From: Aplysia californica
Lineage: Eukaryota
Reading direction: 5' to 3'
Assembly: GCF_000002075.1 (NCBI RefSeq)
Contig: NW_004797339.1
Span: forward strand, 779,634 to 843,633
Length of the DNA stretch: 64,000 bases
Translations under genes and position numbers: made by a program
Part shown: positions 62,858 to 64,000 of the stretch, one piece after another
How positions within the stretch are numbered: the stretch's first letter is position 1
How the letters are laid out: every line of letters starts with the position of its first letter
The notes under the pieces: model-generated
Told to the model about the DNA's origin: nothing
What the model saw: only the letters and a program-made list of their open reading frames with translations
Database searches by the model: none

Positions 62858-64000
62858 GTGACGCGGCAACGTCGTGTATGTCTTTCCATGACGTCAGTGA
62901 CATTTTTAGCACTGTGAACTTCTTGCGTCCTTCTGGAAACTGGCTGGGGCCGATTGTCATCATATGTATGAAATCTTGACGCCGTCTGCCAGTGATGATT
63001 GCCACGGTAAACCCTGCAATTTTCGTCCTCCTTCAAGAAGTGACCTTTTACGTGTGTTTCAGCTCAGGCTGTTCGGTTTTGCTGATTTTTGCTTGCTTTT
63101 TTATCATGAATAAAAATGTGACATTTTCTGATGGCATCTCCTACTTCTTAAGTCTACTGGGAGTGGGTTTCATAAAGGAAAGACCCGCGTATATAATGTT
63201 TTATATGTAAATAATGAGGTCTCATTTGTTTTGTATCGAAGCAGAAAATGCTAGCGGAGATGATTTGCAGTAGATGGATAAGAGACGGTATTACCCTCAT
63301 AGTTGGGTTTTAAGAGTCGCTAGATTTTTTTTTCTGTTTTTGTTTAGGTTATTTTAGGAGGTGGTGGGTTCTTGCTGCAGATTGTTTTGTTTTTGTTGCT
63401 TTATATTCTTATCTTAGCATGTTTAGAAGAAGTGGTCCCGACAACGTATAGACACTTGTTAAAGCTTTAACTTATGTTTGCCTTCCTTTCCTCTGCATCT
63501 CTTGTCCCCGCCCAATCCTTATGNNNNNNNNNNNNNNNNNNNNNNNNNNNNNNNNNNNNNNNNNNNNNNNNNNNNNNNNNNNNNNNNNNNNNNNNNNNNN
63601 NNNNNNNNNNNNNNNNNNNNNNNNNNNNNNNNNNNNNNNNNNNNNNNNNNNNNNTTGTGGATAGTAGTCGTATGGCATTTGCTTAGTTGCTAAGATTGTA
63701 TTTTTACCTTTGAAGTAAAGGTTATGTGTCGGTAATTGGAGGGTGCTCTATTATGGTTTTCTCCTTCTTTCCTATCAAACATCTATAGTCGTTATCACTC
63801 CTCCTTTTTTGTGTGTCTGTTACTCTTTTGTGACACCTCTAATCTTCAGTACTTATGAATTCAATTGTACAGCAAGCGTGGAAAAACTTGTACTAAAACA
63901 AAAGGTTGTCGGCTGTAACTTGCGGGTGGGTGGGTGGTGGTGGGGATGCTGCCGTTGTTTTTCTTGTTTTTGTTGCTTTTTTTCAATATATGTTTTTGTG

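Overview
Draft-quality eukaryotic (animal) genomic DNA with about 20 N-gaps, many microsatellites, SINEs, MITEs and decayed LINEs. The repeat landscape suggests a mollusc, probably a gastropod (inference). Three intron-containing genes could be reconstructed by hand from GT-AG sites and reading phase. (1) Minus strand: an uncharacterised protein with a large first coding exon (9019-7866) and C-terminal ankyrin repeats; its last exon was not found. (2) Plus strand, head-to-head with gene 1 across a ~300-bp promoter: L-xylulose reductase-like SDR (DCXR), with 5 coding exons visible and the 3' exons missing. (3) Minus strand: a complete 6-exon, 374-aa FkbM/Methyltransf_21-family SAM methyltransferase (58931-24296) with a type II membrane anchor, a candidate Golgi glycan O-methyltransferase. 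The most unusual structure is the ~1.35-kb putative 5' leader of gene 1. It holds a protein-like 117-aa acidic upstream ORF whose composition continues in the +1 frame across its stop codon to an NLS-like end (TRKRKV), plus several small uORFs. A 1.55-kb near-identical duplication beside a 100-N gap is probably an assembly artefact. No rRNA, bona fide tRNA or CRISPR array was found.
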